Virus record (IMG/VR): IMGVR_UViG_3300034283_001962
Coordinates: 54,408-118,407 of that record
Strand: one strand, 5' to 3'
Length of the DNA stretch: 64,000 nt
Origin: a virus
The translations under genes and the position numbers were made by a program. The notes under the pieces were generated by a model, which saw nothing but the letters and a program-made list of their open reading frames with translations, searched no databases and was not told the origin of the DNA. The number at the start of each line of letters is the position of its first letter. Position 1 is the stretch's first letter. Positions 16,043-26,195 of this stretch are shown here, piece by piece.

Positions 16043-16184
16043 AGTCAGGTGGCGGAAAGAACTGTAATTGCAATAACAGTTCATGGCAGACGCAGTGTAT
16101 AGTGTGGCTGATGTAGATAGGCCACTGGTCACGCAGCGAGATAGCGTACACTTTCTATTACAGGTTCGAATCCTGTTCTGACTA
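16043..16184 (+). ncRNA. tRNA-like RNA 2 with a hairpin inserted in the D-loop and a branched anticodon domain
   Basis: AGTCAGG/TCTGACT acceptor stem; GAACTGT...ACAGTTC insert; AGTGTA...TACACT stem holding two hairpins; T-arm ACAGG-TTCGAAT-CCTGT. Confidence 0.65.
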
Positions 16185-16198
16185 CTGAAATAAAAAAT

Positions 16199-16819
16199 AT
16201 GAAACTGAATTGTAATATTCCTAGCTTTAAAGCATTAGTAAAAAAATCTTATTTTACAAAAAACATAAATGATAGTCAAGAATATTATAACGTTTATGTT
16301 TTTGCTATTCAATCAGTATCTGGTAAGATAGTTACATTTCATGTAATAACTGATTCTGGTATGTTAAGAAGCAGAGTTCCATTGTCTGAAATATATACTA
16401 AAATACCTACAAAAGATGTACCATTTAACTATAAACAGTTATGGGATTGTTTTAGTGAGAATGTATGTGTAATTGAATACAGTTTTTTAGCATTTCATAA
16501 AGCTCAAGTAGTATTAAGAGATGGTAGTAAAGTATGGGGTACATATATTTTTACTATTGATTGGTATGATAATCCGTATAGTAATGAACCATCAGATTAC
16601 AAATGTGGTCATGTATTAGAATCAGATGATGGATATTTATTATGTATGCCTAATAATAGAATTTTTTGGAAAGATTCTAACTGGGTAACAAAAAATTTAC
16701 CTGAAGATTTAAAACAATTTAAAGTAGATGATGAACTTTTTTCTGTAGAAAATCAATCAGATAAATGGATAGCAGAAGACAGTAATGCATTTTATTACGA
16801 TATAATAAAACAAAAGTAG
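16199..16819 (+). CDS. Hypothetical phage protein
   Basis: 206-aa ORF (YIFTIDW...PNNRI). Confidence 0.7.
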   Translation: MKLNCNIPSFKALVKKSYFTKNINDSQEYYNVYVFAIQSVSGKIVTFHVITDSGMLRSRVPLSEIYTKIPTKDVPFNYKQLWDCFSENVCVIEYSFLAFHKAQVVLRDGSKVWGTYIFTIDWYDNPYSNEPSDYKCGHVLESDDGYLLCMPNNRIFWKDSNWVTKNLPEDLKQFKVDDELFSVENQSDKWIAEDSNAFYYDIIKQK

Positions 16820-16863
16820 CAATATGGAAATAAAACTATTCATGTAATTGTAAAAAATAAAAG

Positions 16864-17217
16864 ATGGAAAAGTATTTTGTAAAAAATATAGAAAATAAGT
16901 TAATACTGTGTAGTAGAAATATACAGGTAGGTGATGATTTTCAAGATGAAAATGGAAATAAATTTGTTTGCACAAGTATAGATAAAGTTTACCCTCATAA
17001 AAGTATATATTCTGAAGGAAAATGGGAAAAAGATTGGCATGATAAAACAAAATGTTTTAAAGTTATTGGAGAAATATCACCTGATGCTACATGGGTAACA
17101 GAAGGAATGGAGTTTGAAGAGGCTGAGGTAAAACGGATAGCTATTGGTATTAGTAATCCCATAGGTTCAAAATATCATATATACCAAATTAAAGGTCCAT
17201 GTGGACATTTTCATTAA
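16864..17217 (+). CDS. Hypothetical protein (KVIGEISPDATWV...KGPCGHFH)
   Basis: ORF track. Confidence 0.65.
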   Translation: MEKYFVKNIENKLILCSRNIQVGDDFQDENGNKFVCTSIDKVYPHKSIYSEGKWEKDWHDKTKCFKVIGEISPDATWVTEGMEFEEAEVKRIAIGISNPIGSKYHIYQIKGPCGHFH

Positions 17218-17500
17218 ACCAATTATTATGACACAATACCCTCACTACAAACTTTATACTGTACAAGCAGGTTCTTTAAAGAAAAATATTCATCACAGTT
17301 ATGAATTTGAATCAATTAAACAAGTTTATGATTTTTTACTAAATTTCTATAATAGAAATAAAAGTTCAAGTTATAAAGCTAAACCTGAAAACCAATATTG
17401 TATACAACAATATACTATGCCTTATAAAGCAGAAATAGTACAGGTATTTAAAGTAATTAAATTCTCAGACTATTATATAATAAATAAGAAAAGAATATGA
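17201..17500 (+). CDS. Hypothetical protein
   Basis: ORF track. Confidence 0.5.
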   Translation: MDIFIKPIIMTQYPHYKLYTVQAGSLKKNIHHSYEFESIKQVYDFLLNFYNRNKSSSYKAKPENQYCIQQYTMPYKAEIVQVFKVIKFSDYYIINKKRI

Positions 17501-18573
17501 CTGAATTTGATGATCTTCTACAACATTATACAGATGGACAACAAGGTAAAAATGCAGGTTTACCAATGGGTTTTGAGAGACTTAATAAATTTATAGGAAT
17601 TCGTAAGAGTATCTATACATTGATTTTTGGAGCAACTGGATCTGGTAAATCTGCATTTTTACATGATGCTTATATACTCAATCCTATTGATTGGTATGTA
17701 CAAAACCCTAACACTGGAGTAAAACTCAAGATTATTCTCTTCTCAATGGAGAGAAAGAAAGCATATATTCTATCTAAATGGTTAAGTAGAAGGATATTTC
17801 TTGATTATGGAGTACTAATTCCTATTCAAAAAATGCTTGGTTGGTGGCGTAATAATCCACTAACAAAAGATGAAATAGAAATTATACATCAATATCGAGA
17901 TTATGTTGAGTTTATTACAAATGATATTATAAGCATTTATGAAGGAGCTAGGAGTCCATCTGATATTTATCGAATAGTCAAGAGTTACGCAGAAGAAAAT
18001 GGCAAGGAAGAGCCTCTAAATGAGTTTAAGAAGGTATATATACCTAATAACCCACATGAGATCGTAATGCCAATGGCTGACCACTTAGGTCTTGCAAAGT
18101 TAACCAAGGATTATTCGGTAAAGAAGGAAGCTATTGATAAGATTTCTGAACATTTTCAGTATTTTCGAGACCATTTAGGGTATTCTCCTATAGCCGTTTC
18201 TCAGATTACAAGAGATTTAGGTAACGTAATGTATCAGAAAATGGATAGTTTTGAACCTACTTTAGATCATGTTAAAGAATCAGGTAGACCTGGTGAAGAT
18301 GCTGACGTAGTTATCAGTCTTTTTGACCCTTTGAGGTACAATACAGATGACAAGTCATACAGAGCAGGTCGGTTTATCAATCCATTAACAGGAGCTAAAC
18401 ACTTTAGAAGCATCAAAATCCTGAAGAATACTTATGGTGAAGATGACATCAAAGTAGGTATGGCTTTTTGGGGTGCTTGTGGTGTTTTTAAAGAACTTCC
18501 AAAACCTGGAGCTGACATGGAAACCTTTGATTATCAACAAGTTATAGAAGGAAATTACTTTAAATTACCTTAA
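17497..18573 (+). CDS. dnaB: DnaB-like replicative helicase
   Basis: GATGSGKS Walker A, FSME, DHLG, VSQITR, ESGRPGEDADVV, KILKNTYG. Confidence 0.85.
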   Translation: MTEFDDLLQHYTDGQQGKNAGLPMGFERLNKFIGIRKSIYTLIFGATGSGKSAFLHDAYILNPIDWYVQNPNTGVKLKIILFSMERKKAYILSKWLSRRIFLDYGVLIPIQKMLGWWRNNPLTKDEIEIIHQYRDYVEFITNDIISIYEGARSPSDIYRIVKSYAEENGKEEPLNEFKKVYIPNNPHEIVMPMADHLGLAKLTKDYSVKKEAIDKISEHFQYFRDHLGYSPIAVSQITRDLGNVMYQKMDSFEPTLDHVKESGRPGEDADVVISLFDPLRYNTDDKSYRAGRFINPLTGAKHFRSIKILKNTYGEDDIKVGMAFWGACGVFKELPKPGADMETFDYQQVIEGNYFKLP

Positions 18574-18631
18574 TTATTTCTTGGAAAAAACACATTTTAT
18601 GCTTAACTTTAATGTCTCATAATTTTAAAAA

Positions 18632-19321
18632 ATGAATACACAAACAGCAAAAGAAATGGAAAAAACTAATGAAAACAGAATTCCACGAGAAGTTTATAAG
18701 GTTCTTCTTGTTGGACAATCAGGTAAAGGTAAAACGTACTCATTCCGAAATATGAATGAAATCAGTACAGGATTTATTAATACTGAACTAAAACCTTTAC
18801 CTTTCCGTAAAAATTTTAAGTATCATGCTAAACCCAAGAAATTTGTTGGTTTAATGAAAGCACTTGAAGACTTTGAGAAAAATGAAGAAATCAAAGTTAT
18901 TGTAATTGATTCACTTTCAGCAGCATTTGAGAGTCTGGTTGAAGAAGCCAGGAGCTTGTATACTAACTGGGATGTCTGGAACTACTACAATAAGAAGATT
19001 GGCGAATTTATGAAGAAAGTAAAAGAGATCAATAAAGAGATCTTTATTACTGCTCATTATGAAGTACTTAATGTAGAAGGTGCACCTGAAAAAAGAGTTA
19101 AAGCAAAAGGTAAAGAATGGGAAGGAGTTATTGAGAAGGAATTTACTATCGTTCTGTATGCAGAAGATAAGTGGAAATCTGATACACCTGAGTATTTCTA
19201 TCGTCTTGCTGGTGAAGGAATGAGTGCAAAATGTCCTCCGGATATGTTTAAGGATAACCCTATACGTATTCCAAATGATGCAAACGAAGTTTATAAAGCA
19301 ATTCTAAATTACACAGCATGA
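18632..19321 (+). CDS. Sak4-like AAA ATPase (AAA_24)
   Basis: VGQSGKGKT, IVIDSLS, ITAH. Confidence 0.75.
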   Translation: MNTQTAKEMEKTNENRIPREVYKVLLVGQSGKGKTYSFRNMNEISTGFINTELKPLPFRKNFKYHAKPKKFVGLMKALEDFEKNEEIKVIVIDSLSAAFESLVEEARSLYTNWDVWNYYNKKIGEFMKKVKEINKEIFITAHYEVLNVEGAPEKRVKAKGKEWEGVIEKEFTIVLYAEDKWKSDTPEYFYRLAGEGMSAKCPPDMFKDNPIRIPNDANEVYKAILNYTA

Positions 19322-19620
19322 CAGAGTTAGAAAAATATGAAGCAGTAAACAAAACTGAAACAGTTGAAGAACTACAAAATGTAATTTTATCCTTAGCTGA
19401 TGAGCAAGGAATGGTTATGGGTAGAACTCGACCTTTTCATGCTGCTCAACAAGCAAAGAATTTAGAAATTGTAATGGAAGGTTACCCTGCTAACTTATTA
19501 ACTCGTTCATACGGAATAAGGCAACAAGCTTTGTATATAGCTTATTATAAAAGCATAGATAAACTGGATAATAACAGAGCACAAGTATTTATAAACAAAA
19601 ATAAAGAAAATGAAAGGTAA
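19318..19620 (+). CDS. Hypothetical protein
   Basis: ORF track. Confidence 0.6.
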   Translation: MTELEKYEAVNKTETVEELQNVILSLADEQGMVMGRTRPFHAAQQAKNLEIVMEGYPANLLTRSYGIRQQALYIAYYKSIDKLDNNRAQVFINKNKENER

Positions 19621-20536
19621 CAAAAAAGAACAGAAAGATTTTGCAAAAGAAATTGGTCTATTTGAAGCTAAAGTTGTAGCAATTAATCCAGATCGAGAAG
19701 AACTGGAAAAACTACTTGGAACAGAATTAGAAAAAGATCCTGAGTATGTAGAAAAACGTAAAGTAAAAGACTCTCAAAACGTTGAGACAGGAGAAGAAGT
19801 TGATTCTGTACGGATTTCTGTATGGACTGAAGATGTAAAAAGTAAGCGTCTTAGAAATATTAGTTTTTATCTTGAGGATCGTCCAAGATTTAATAAAGAT
19901 CAAACTAAAGTACAGTATATCAACTCTGTTGGTACTACAACTTGGGCTTTAATTGAAGATGGTACTTCTACTTTTCCAAGCTGGTTTACGAACTTCTTAA
20001 GTAAAGATAAGAGCATTATTGGTAATAAAGAATACCGTCAAGCTATTGTAGGTGAAGAAGAGTTAATGACTTTTGTAAAGAATTGGGCAAAGTTTGATCT
20101 CTTTGATGTAGATACTAATATCTTACTTGATACTAAAAAGCTATTTAGAGGTAATGTTAAAGAGCTTTCTGAAGAGATTAATGGTGATATGGTAGAAACT
20201 ATTGTAGCAATGGCAACTGTTCGTATCAGTGAAAAAGTAGTAAATGAAGATAGTGGAGAAAAAGAAACTGTTGTTTATCAAAGTGTTTATAACAAAGACT
20301 TTCTTCCTGGCTTTAGTATGAAATACTTCCGGAATATTGAATTTGATGCTCAACGTGTCAACCAGCTTCGTTCAAAAAGTAAGCTTGTTGGGTTTGAGAA
20401 ATTTATTGTAAATATCTCAGATAAAGAATATGGTTGTAAAACTCCTATCTTTATTGGTGAAGTAAAAGATTTTGTTCAAGGTGAACATATTACTGCAAAT
20501 GATGCAGTTCTAGAACAAGACGACGCTAAATACTAG
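19610..20536 (+). CDS. Putative single-stranded DNA-binding protein (crAss-type)
   Basis: VVAINP motif, acidic C-terminus, position between Sak4 and primase. Confidence 0.55.
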   Translation: MKGNKKEQKDFAKEIGLFEAKVVAINPDREELEKLLGTELEKDPEYVEKRKVKDSQNVETGEEVDSVRISVWTEDVKSKRLRNISFYLEDRPRFNKDQTKVQYINSVGTTTWALIEDGTSTFPSWFTNFLSKDKSIIGNKEYRQAIVGEEELMTFVKNWAKFDLFDVDTNILLDTKKLFRGNVKELSEEINGDMVETIVAMATVRISEKVVNEDSGEKETVVYQSVYNKDFLPGFSMKYFRNIEFDAQRVNQLRSKSKLVGFEKFIVNISDKEYGCKTPIFIGEVKDFVQGEHITANDAVLEQDDAKY

Positions 20537-20560
20537 GCAAGATTTGAAATTTTATAAGTT

Positions 20561-20600
20561 AAGCCCGGTGTATTTACATCGGGCTTTTTATTTATCTTTG
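20561..20600 (+). terminator. Terminator hairpin followed by TATCTTTG promoter element (20593-20600)
   Basis: AAGCCCGGTG-TATTTA-CATCGGGCTTTTT. Confidence 0.7.
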
Positions 20601-20606
20601 TTTTGC

Positions 20607-21608
20607 ATGAAAGGTATAAAAAAACAACTCTTAACAGAAGAAACTATTCTTCAGAAGGTTTCCGAATATGATATTTATCGTTTCTATCTTGGTCGTGATT
20701 TTAAACTTAATAGACCTATGCATTCTCCAATGCCAGGTAGAAAAGATGATAATCCTTCATTTGTAATAGGTAATAAGCACGGGTTTTTGTATCACATAGA
20801 TTTTGGTGACTCTTCTTATAGAGGAAGATGTGTAGATTTTGTGAAGCAAATGAACAGTCTAACAGATTATCATGATACATTACTTAAAATAGATGAAGAT
20901 TTTGGATTAGGTATAAGCAATCGTACAGATATAAAAGATTATAAACAAATTGTGGCAGAGTATAAACCTGATAAGTCTATTCCTAAAGAATATTCTCTTA
21001 TTCAATGTAAAGTAAGAAGGATATTTCATACAGACGAACTGTTGTATTGGAAACAATATTTTCAAACCGAACAGGATTTGCGAGCAGAGAATGTATATCC
21101 TATTACTGAGTTGTGGATAGATAAATTACGTAAAGGTATCTCTAAAACAGAAATGGTATTTGGTTACCTATATGATGATAAATGGAAAATTTACCGTCCA
21201 TTCAGTTCCAATAAAAAGGATAAATGGCGAACTAATGTTCCAATAGATCTTATGGATGGCTTAGAAAACATAAAAAACTGTAATAATGCTTTAGTCACTA
21301 AATCTAAAAAAGATAAGATGGTTATTAAAAAGATATTACCATGTGTTGCATCAGTACAAAATGAAAGCGTAGTAGCTATTAACGAGGAGAATTTAAACTA
21401 CCTCAAAGCTAACTCCAATATACAATGGATCAATTTTGATTCTGATGCACCAGGTAAAAAGAATTCTTGGCATTATACTACAGAATTTGGTTTTCGGCAT
21501 ATCAATGTACCAGATCAGTTATTTCCTGTAAAAGACTTTGCAGATATGGCAAAAGAATACGGATTAAAAGCTGTAGAAGAACACTTTAAAACAAAAGGAT
21601 TAATATGA
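20607..21608 (+). CDS. DNA primase (crAss-type, TOPRIM)
   Basis: SPMPGRKDDNPSF, DFG, TKSKKD, FDSDAPG, KDFAD. Confidence 0.8.
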   Translation: MKGIKKQLLTEETILQKVSEYDIYRFYLGRDFKLNRPMHSPMPGRKDDNPSFVIGNKHGFLYHIDFGDSSYRGRCVDFVKQMNSLTDYHDTLLKIDEDFGLGISNRTDIKDYKQIVAEYKPDKSIPKEYSLIQCKVRRIFHTDELLYWKQYFQTEQDLRAENVYPITELWIDKLRKGISKTEMVFGYLYDDKWKIYRPFSSNKKDKWRTNVPIDLMDGLENIKNCNNALVTKSKKDKMVIKKILPCVASVQNESVVAINEENLNYLKANSNIQWINFDSDAPGKKNSWHYTTEFGFRHINVPDQLFPVKDFADMAKEYGLKAVEEHFKTKGLI

Positions 21609-21796
21609 ATGTAATAACTGTTGTAGTTATAGTAGAAGGAGGAAATGTTCAAAGTATTTACTCAGATGAAAATGAAAAACATTTTAATGTGATAATGTTG
21701 GATTATGATAATTTCAAAGCAGGTCAGAAGAAAGATAAGATACACTTACTTGCAGAAGAAATGATTGAAAATAAACAATTAAATTGTATTTACTGA
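21605..21796 (+). CDS. Hypothetical protein
   Basis: ORF track. Confidence 0.55.
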   Translation: MNVITVVVIVEGGNVQSIYSDENEKHFNVIMLDYDNFKAGQKKDKIHLLAEEMIENKQLNCIY

Positions 21797-22512
21797 TGAA
21801 TTTTGAAAAATTTGAACCTCTTTTAGGAGATTGGGCTTATAAAATAAAGCCATTTATAGAAAGTGAGGAATGCGATAAAATCTATGCACGGTTAAAAGCT
21901 GATTCATCTAGAGGTAAAAGAATATGTCCAGATTCTCAGAATACCTTTAGAGTGTTTAAGGAAACACCTTATAAGAAGTTGAAGGTCATATTTCTAATGT
22001 ACGACCCTTACCCTTGGATTAAGGATGGTGTCACTGTAGCTGATGGTATTGCTCTTAGTTGTAGTAATACAAAAAAGTTTCAGCCATCTTTAGAACAATT
22101 TTATCATGCTATAGAGAGAGATACTAATTTAAAATTAGCTGGCATTAAAGATTGGGATTTAACTCCACTTTGTAATCAAGGAATAATGATGTTAAATACT
22201 GCACTTACAGTAGAAGAAGGAAAAGTGGGTTCTCATTATGATTTATGGAAACCTTTTACTACATACTTATTTGAGGAAGTTCTTGCAAAACACAATAGAG
22301 GACTTATCTTTGTTTTATGTGGAAAAGAATCACAGTATTATGAAAGATTTATCAATCCTTTACAGCATTATATATTTAAATTAGAGCATCCTGCAGCAGC
22401 AGAATGGGGATCAAGAGAATGGAAACATGATGGAATCTTTAATACTATTAACAAACTGGTTAAAGAGAATAATAACGAGGAGATAATTTGGATTGACGAT
22501 CTCCCTTTCTGA
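21796..22512 (+). CDS. ung: Uracil-DNA glycosylase (family 1-like)
   Basis: KVIFLMYDPYP, ADGIALS, QGIMMLNTALTV, GSH, EHPAA. Confidence 0.85.
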   Translation: MNFEKFEPLLGDWAYKIKPFIESEECDKIYARLKADSSRGKRICPDSQNTFRVFKETPYKKLKVIFLMYDPYPWIKDGVTVADGIALSCSNTKKFQPSLEQFYHAIERDTNLKLAGIKDWDLTPLCNQGIMMLNTALTVEEGKVGSHYDLWKPFTTYLFEEVLAKHNRGLIFVLCGKESQYYERFINPLQHYIFKLEHPAAAEWGSREWKHDGIFNTINKLVKENNNEEIIWIDDLPF

Positions 22513-22952
22513 TGTATAATATGAAAACTAGATGGATACAGCGGGATCTGGAAGAACAGATTGCCGAAGAGTATAAAAATCAAGGAAAAGAATATCAATT
22601 TTTAAATCAAAAAAAAGAAAAAATGGCACAAGAGCTTAAAATCTCAGAAATCTTGACGCTTCTTAAACAAGGGTATAAGCGTTGGACAAAAGAAGAGAAT
22701 GAAGAAGGAAAAAGTATTCAGACTCACTATGGTCTTACATTTAGTGAATGTAAAGAGATCTTTAAACATCCGAAAATCAAAGGTCTAAAAAGCAAAAAAC
22801 TTTCTGTGAAACTAATAGATGACACAGAAATTAATCGCTCTATAGTTCAAGCTGAAACAACTACTTGGACTGAAGCAGAAGTGGTTGCAGAACAACCTAC
22901 AACACCAGTAGAACAAACTCTGGAAGAAAAGTTTGAAAATCTCTTTAACTAA
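22512..22952 (+). CDS. Hypothetical protein (probable start MAQELK at 22622)
   Basis: ORF track. Confidence 0.6.
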   Translation: MYNMKTRWIQRDLEEQIAEEYKNQGKEYQFLNQKKEKMAQELKISEILTLLKQGYKRWTKEENEEGKSIQTHYGLTFSECKEIFKHPKIKGLKSKKLSVKLIDDTEINRSIVQAETTTWTEAEVVAEQPTTPVEQTLEEKFENLFN

Positions 22953-22991
22953 TCAATTTAATTAAAAACAAAAATTTAAATTTCAATTATT

Positions 22992-23504
22992 ATGGTAAAA
23001 GTATCAGTTTACAGCGGAACAGGTAGTATTAAACAAGTCGAATTTGTAGGTGCAAAATGGTCAGAACTCCAACAAACACTTGCTCAAAATGGAATTTCTT
23101 ATAATTCCAATGGAATGATAGCAGTAATTGGTGAAACCGAACTTACTTTGCAATCTAATGATGCAATTATTCCTACAACTGATTTTACTCTGTTTCTACT
23201 TCCTCAAAAAGTAAAGAGTGGTTCTGATGATGAGGATAGCTACGATGAGAGTTATGATGAGAGCTATGATGACAGTGACGATGATGATGACAATGAAATT
23301 GTACCAGCAGTGAACCCTTCAGGAGTTCCTGCTGATGTTACCAGCTGGACAAAAGAACATGCTTTGATTGCAATTAATCTAATTAGCACTAAAACAAATG
23401 AGATTAATACTTTGGGAAACCAAATCAGGCAGTATGTTACTAATATGTCTGTTAGTCCTTTGGATGATAAAGCCAAAGAGCTGATGAACAAACTCTTTAA
23501 GTAA
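22992..23504 (+). CDS. Putative ubiquitin-like (beta-grasp) protein with C-terminal extension after ...KVKSG77
   Basis: ~77-aa beta-rich domain ending in Gly, then an acidic linker; first gene of the E2/JAB/E1 operon. Confidence 0.6.
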   Translation: MVKVSVYSGTGSIKQVEFVGAKWSELQQTLAQNGISYNSNGMIAVIGETELTLQSNDAIIPTTDFTLFLLPQKVKSGSDDEDSYDESYDESYDDSDDDDDNEIVPAVNPSGVPADVTSWTKEHALIAINLISTKTNEINTLGNQIRQYVTNMSVSPLDDKAKELMNKLFK

Positions 23505-23511
23505 CTAAAAC

Positions 23512-23546
23512 TAGGGGTATCGTAATAATGCGATACCCCTTTTTTC
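23512..23546 (+). terminator. Intrinsic terminator between the Ubl and E2-like genes
   Basis: AGGGGTATCG-TAATAATG-CGATACCCCT-TTTTT. Confidence 0.75.
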
Positions 23547-23567
23547 TTTAAACAATAAAATATTAAT

Positions 23568-24968
23568 ATGGCAACAATCTTAACAATTGAAGAAAAACTA
23601 AAAAAGAACGCAGAAGTATTGATACACGGAATAGATTTATCTCCAATAGTAAAAATGAAAAATGCTCTTAATGAAGTTTTTGGAGAAGAAAGAAATCAAA
23701 TAGTAAGTCTTTTTGAAAAAGAAAGTTATCTTAAATTTTCACAAGTAAAAGATTTCTCAGGAGATGTAAAAAATTATAAAAAATATGTAATAGATAATTA
23801 TTTTTTTGATATAATAATTCACTTTCCTGAAATAACAATTAAAAACTCAAAAGGAAAGTCTAGAAAAATATATGATTTATATGTTAAGTTTAATGTTGGT
23901 TTAGACTTTAAGATTAAAGAAAATTTAATGGGTATAGCAACTACTTTTGAAGAAGATGCTTTAAATAGTAGTTACCATCACTCACATCTTCCATCAGGTA
24001 AATATACTGACTTTAAATCATTCTGTTTAGGTTCAGATACACCAATAAATCTTTTGTTTCACAAAATGAAAAGTAACGCTTTTGATGAAGGAACTTTTAA
24101 AATGTTGTTGTATACTATTAGAGAGTATGTTTCTTGGGAATCACTAGAAGGTGGACCACATGTTAGGATGAGTAATGTTAATGTAAATAATGTAGGAGCA
24201 GGATTTAATTGGTTAACTGCGTCTTATACAACTGAGAATTTATTAAGTGCTGATTCAATATTAAATTTTCCATCTAAAGCATTTTCTGAAATATCTCTCT
24301 GTTATATACTTAAAGAAGCTATAACAGAAGATGCTAGAAACATTATTATAAATAACTGTTTTACTTATAGATTAGAAGGCACTGAAGTAATTCTGCAACC
24401 AACTGATTTTTTAAGTAAAAAAATTGCAATGTTTTGGTTAGAACTGTGGAATGTACTAAAAATTAATTACAGAACATCTACACGTAGTTACAAAGAAGAT
24501 AAAGTTAGAGTATACTTAGCAGAAAAAGCATCATTTAATTATACTGCAAGAGGAAGTTTTCAGGTATATCATTTTTGTAATGACCTAGCTTATAGAACTT
24601 TATTTAAAAAAAATGATCAAGGTAAATTTATTATTGACGCTAAATTATACGAAGAAACAACAGGAAGTACATTTCCTATATCAACAAATACTTCGATTTA
24701 TACTAACGGAAAAAAGTTATTTAAATTTAAAGGTAATGATGTAACAATTCGCATTATAATACCTGAAGATAAAACTAAAGTTCAACTAACCAAAGAAGAA
24801 TTAGAAACATTTTATATTCATCCAAAAATACTAAATTATGTCACAAACTATTTTGCAGATAAACTCAATTCCCAAATCATTACCACTTGTACAGGCACAA
24901 GGGAAGATACCACTAATAATTTCGCAGAAGCTCCAACGACAGATATTTTGGCTTTGCTCCAAGATTAA
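23568..24968 (+). CDS. Putative prokaryotic E2-like conjugating protein
   Basis: YHHSHLP...FCLG motif (candidate catalytic Cys), WESLEGGP; operon context. Confidence 0.6.
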   Translation: MATILTIEEKLKKNAEVLIHGIDLSPIVKMKNALNEVFGEERNQIVSLFEKESYLKFSQVKDFSGDVKNYKKYVIDNYFFDIIIHFPEITIKNSKGKSRKIYDLYVKFNVGLDFKIKENLMGIATTFEEDALNSSYHHSHLPSGKYTDFKSFCLGSDTPINLLFHKMKSNAFDEGTFKMLLYTIREYVSWESLEGGPHVRMSNVNVNNVGAGFNWLTASYTTENLLSADSILNFPSKAFSEISLCYILKEAITEDARNIIINNCFTYRLEGTEVILQPTDFLSKKIAMFWLELWNVLKINYRTSTRSYKEDKVRVYLAEKASFNYTARGSFQVYHFCNDLAYRTLFKKNDQGKFIIDAKLYEETTGSTFPISTNTSIYTNGKKLFKFKGNDVTIRIIIPEDKTKVQLTKEELETFYIHPKILNYVTNYFADKLNSQIITTCTGTREDTTNNFAEAPTTDILALLQD

Positions 24969-26184
24969 TGCTGTTGAGTGGTCAGGTACACTGTTTTACC
25001 AAGTTGAAGGTCAATTTGGTAACAAAAACTTTAAGATTACTGCTAAAGAAGTGTATCTTCAAGATATTGGTACATCAGGATACACAGAATATGAGTTCGA
25101 TATGGACTTTATACGGTTAATAATGAAAGATTCCGCATTGCGAGATTTAAAAAGAGGTCACATTCACTCTCATAATACAATGAATGTCTTTTTTTCAGGT
25201 ACAGATAATTCAGAGCTTGTTGATAATGCTCCAAATTACAATTATTACCTTTCTCTTATTGTTAACAACCGAAATGAAATGACAGCAAGAGTTGCATTTG
25301 TAACTACTATTAAGTCATCAGATAAGCGTACTTATATCTTTAAAGGTAACGAAGGAGAAGATCTTAGTTTAGAAGTAGGAGATGAAGTAAAAGAAGAACA
25401 AAAAGTACTCTATTACGATTGTGATATTGAAATAGAAAAAGATGAAATTGAACAAACTATGCTGAGTAGATATACTGAGATAAAAGAAAAAGTAAAAGTT
25501 GTTCCTGCAACTTCTAAAATTACATCTTATGAAGAAGCAATGAATAAGTTTGGTTCTACAAAATCTTGGAATAGTGAAAGTAATTTCGTTCAGGGAGGTA
25601 ACGCTTGTCAAGGGAGTTTTTTTCAGGAACAAGAGGAAAGAGCAAAAAGCAACAGAAGCGAGAAAACAAACTACTACGAAGAAAAGAGCAGATGGAATCA
25701 AAACAGAGAAAGAAAAAAAGAAAGCAACAATTCAAGTGATTTCTGGGGAAGTGATTACTGGGAAGGTGAGGAGCAACCCAATTCGAGATATGATAAACAG
25801 TCTACTGGAAACGTAATTATAGATGATGATACATTTAATTCTGATGAGGATTTATATGAAGAGAACCTGGAAAAATTTGTTTGTCAGTATATCTTAAATG
25901 ATTTTAGTGGAAATATAGTGAATAGGTTTAGCGATGTTGAACAAGTTATTGAACATCTTGCTGAAAACAGAGATAAAATGAGTAAACGTGAGTGGATTAA
26001 GTATTGTGATAATCTATCAAAAGGATTTGATAAACTTTACAGTAGCTTTTGGAATGATGTAAATGGTGAAAATACTGAAGCTGTTATATCTGATAGTATT
26101 AGTATATTACTTAGTAATGCTCCAATTGGTACACAAAATTGTGTTGATGACCTTGCTAAATCACTTCAGGAAGCTGTAGTTTAA
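24838..26184 (+). CDS. JAB/MPN metalloprotease domain protein
   Basis: VEWSG...GHIHSHNTMNVFFSGTD (JAMM E...HxH...S..D). Confidence 0.85.
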   Translation: MSQTILQINSIPKSLPLVQAQGKIPLIISQKLQRQIFWLCSKINAVEWSGTLFYQVEGQFGNKNFKITAKEVYLQDIGTSGYTEYEFDMDFIRLIMKDSALRDLKRGHIHSHNTMNVFFSGTDNSELVDNAPNYNYYLSLIVNNRNEMTARVAFVTTIKSSDKRTYIFKGNEGEDLSLEVGDEVKEEQKVLYYDCDIEIEKDEIEQTMLSRYTEIKEKVKVVPATSKITSYEEAMNKFGSTKSWNSESNFVQGGNACQGSFFQEQEERAKSNRSEKTNYYEEKSRWNQNRERKKESNNSSDFWGSDYWEGEEQPNSRYDKQSTGNVIIDDDTFNSDEDLYEENLEKFVCQYILNDFSGNIVNRFSDVEQVIEHLAENRDKMSKREWIKYCDNLSKGFDKLYSSFWNDVNGENTEAVISDSISILLSNAPIGTQNCVDDLAKSLQEAVV

Positions 26185-26195
26185 AACAAAAAAAT

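Noticed and set aside
23225-23295. GATGA-rich repeats in the Ubl gene
   Set aside because: Low-complexity coding for the acidic linker (SYDE repeats), not an independent element.
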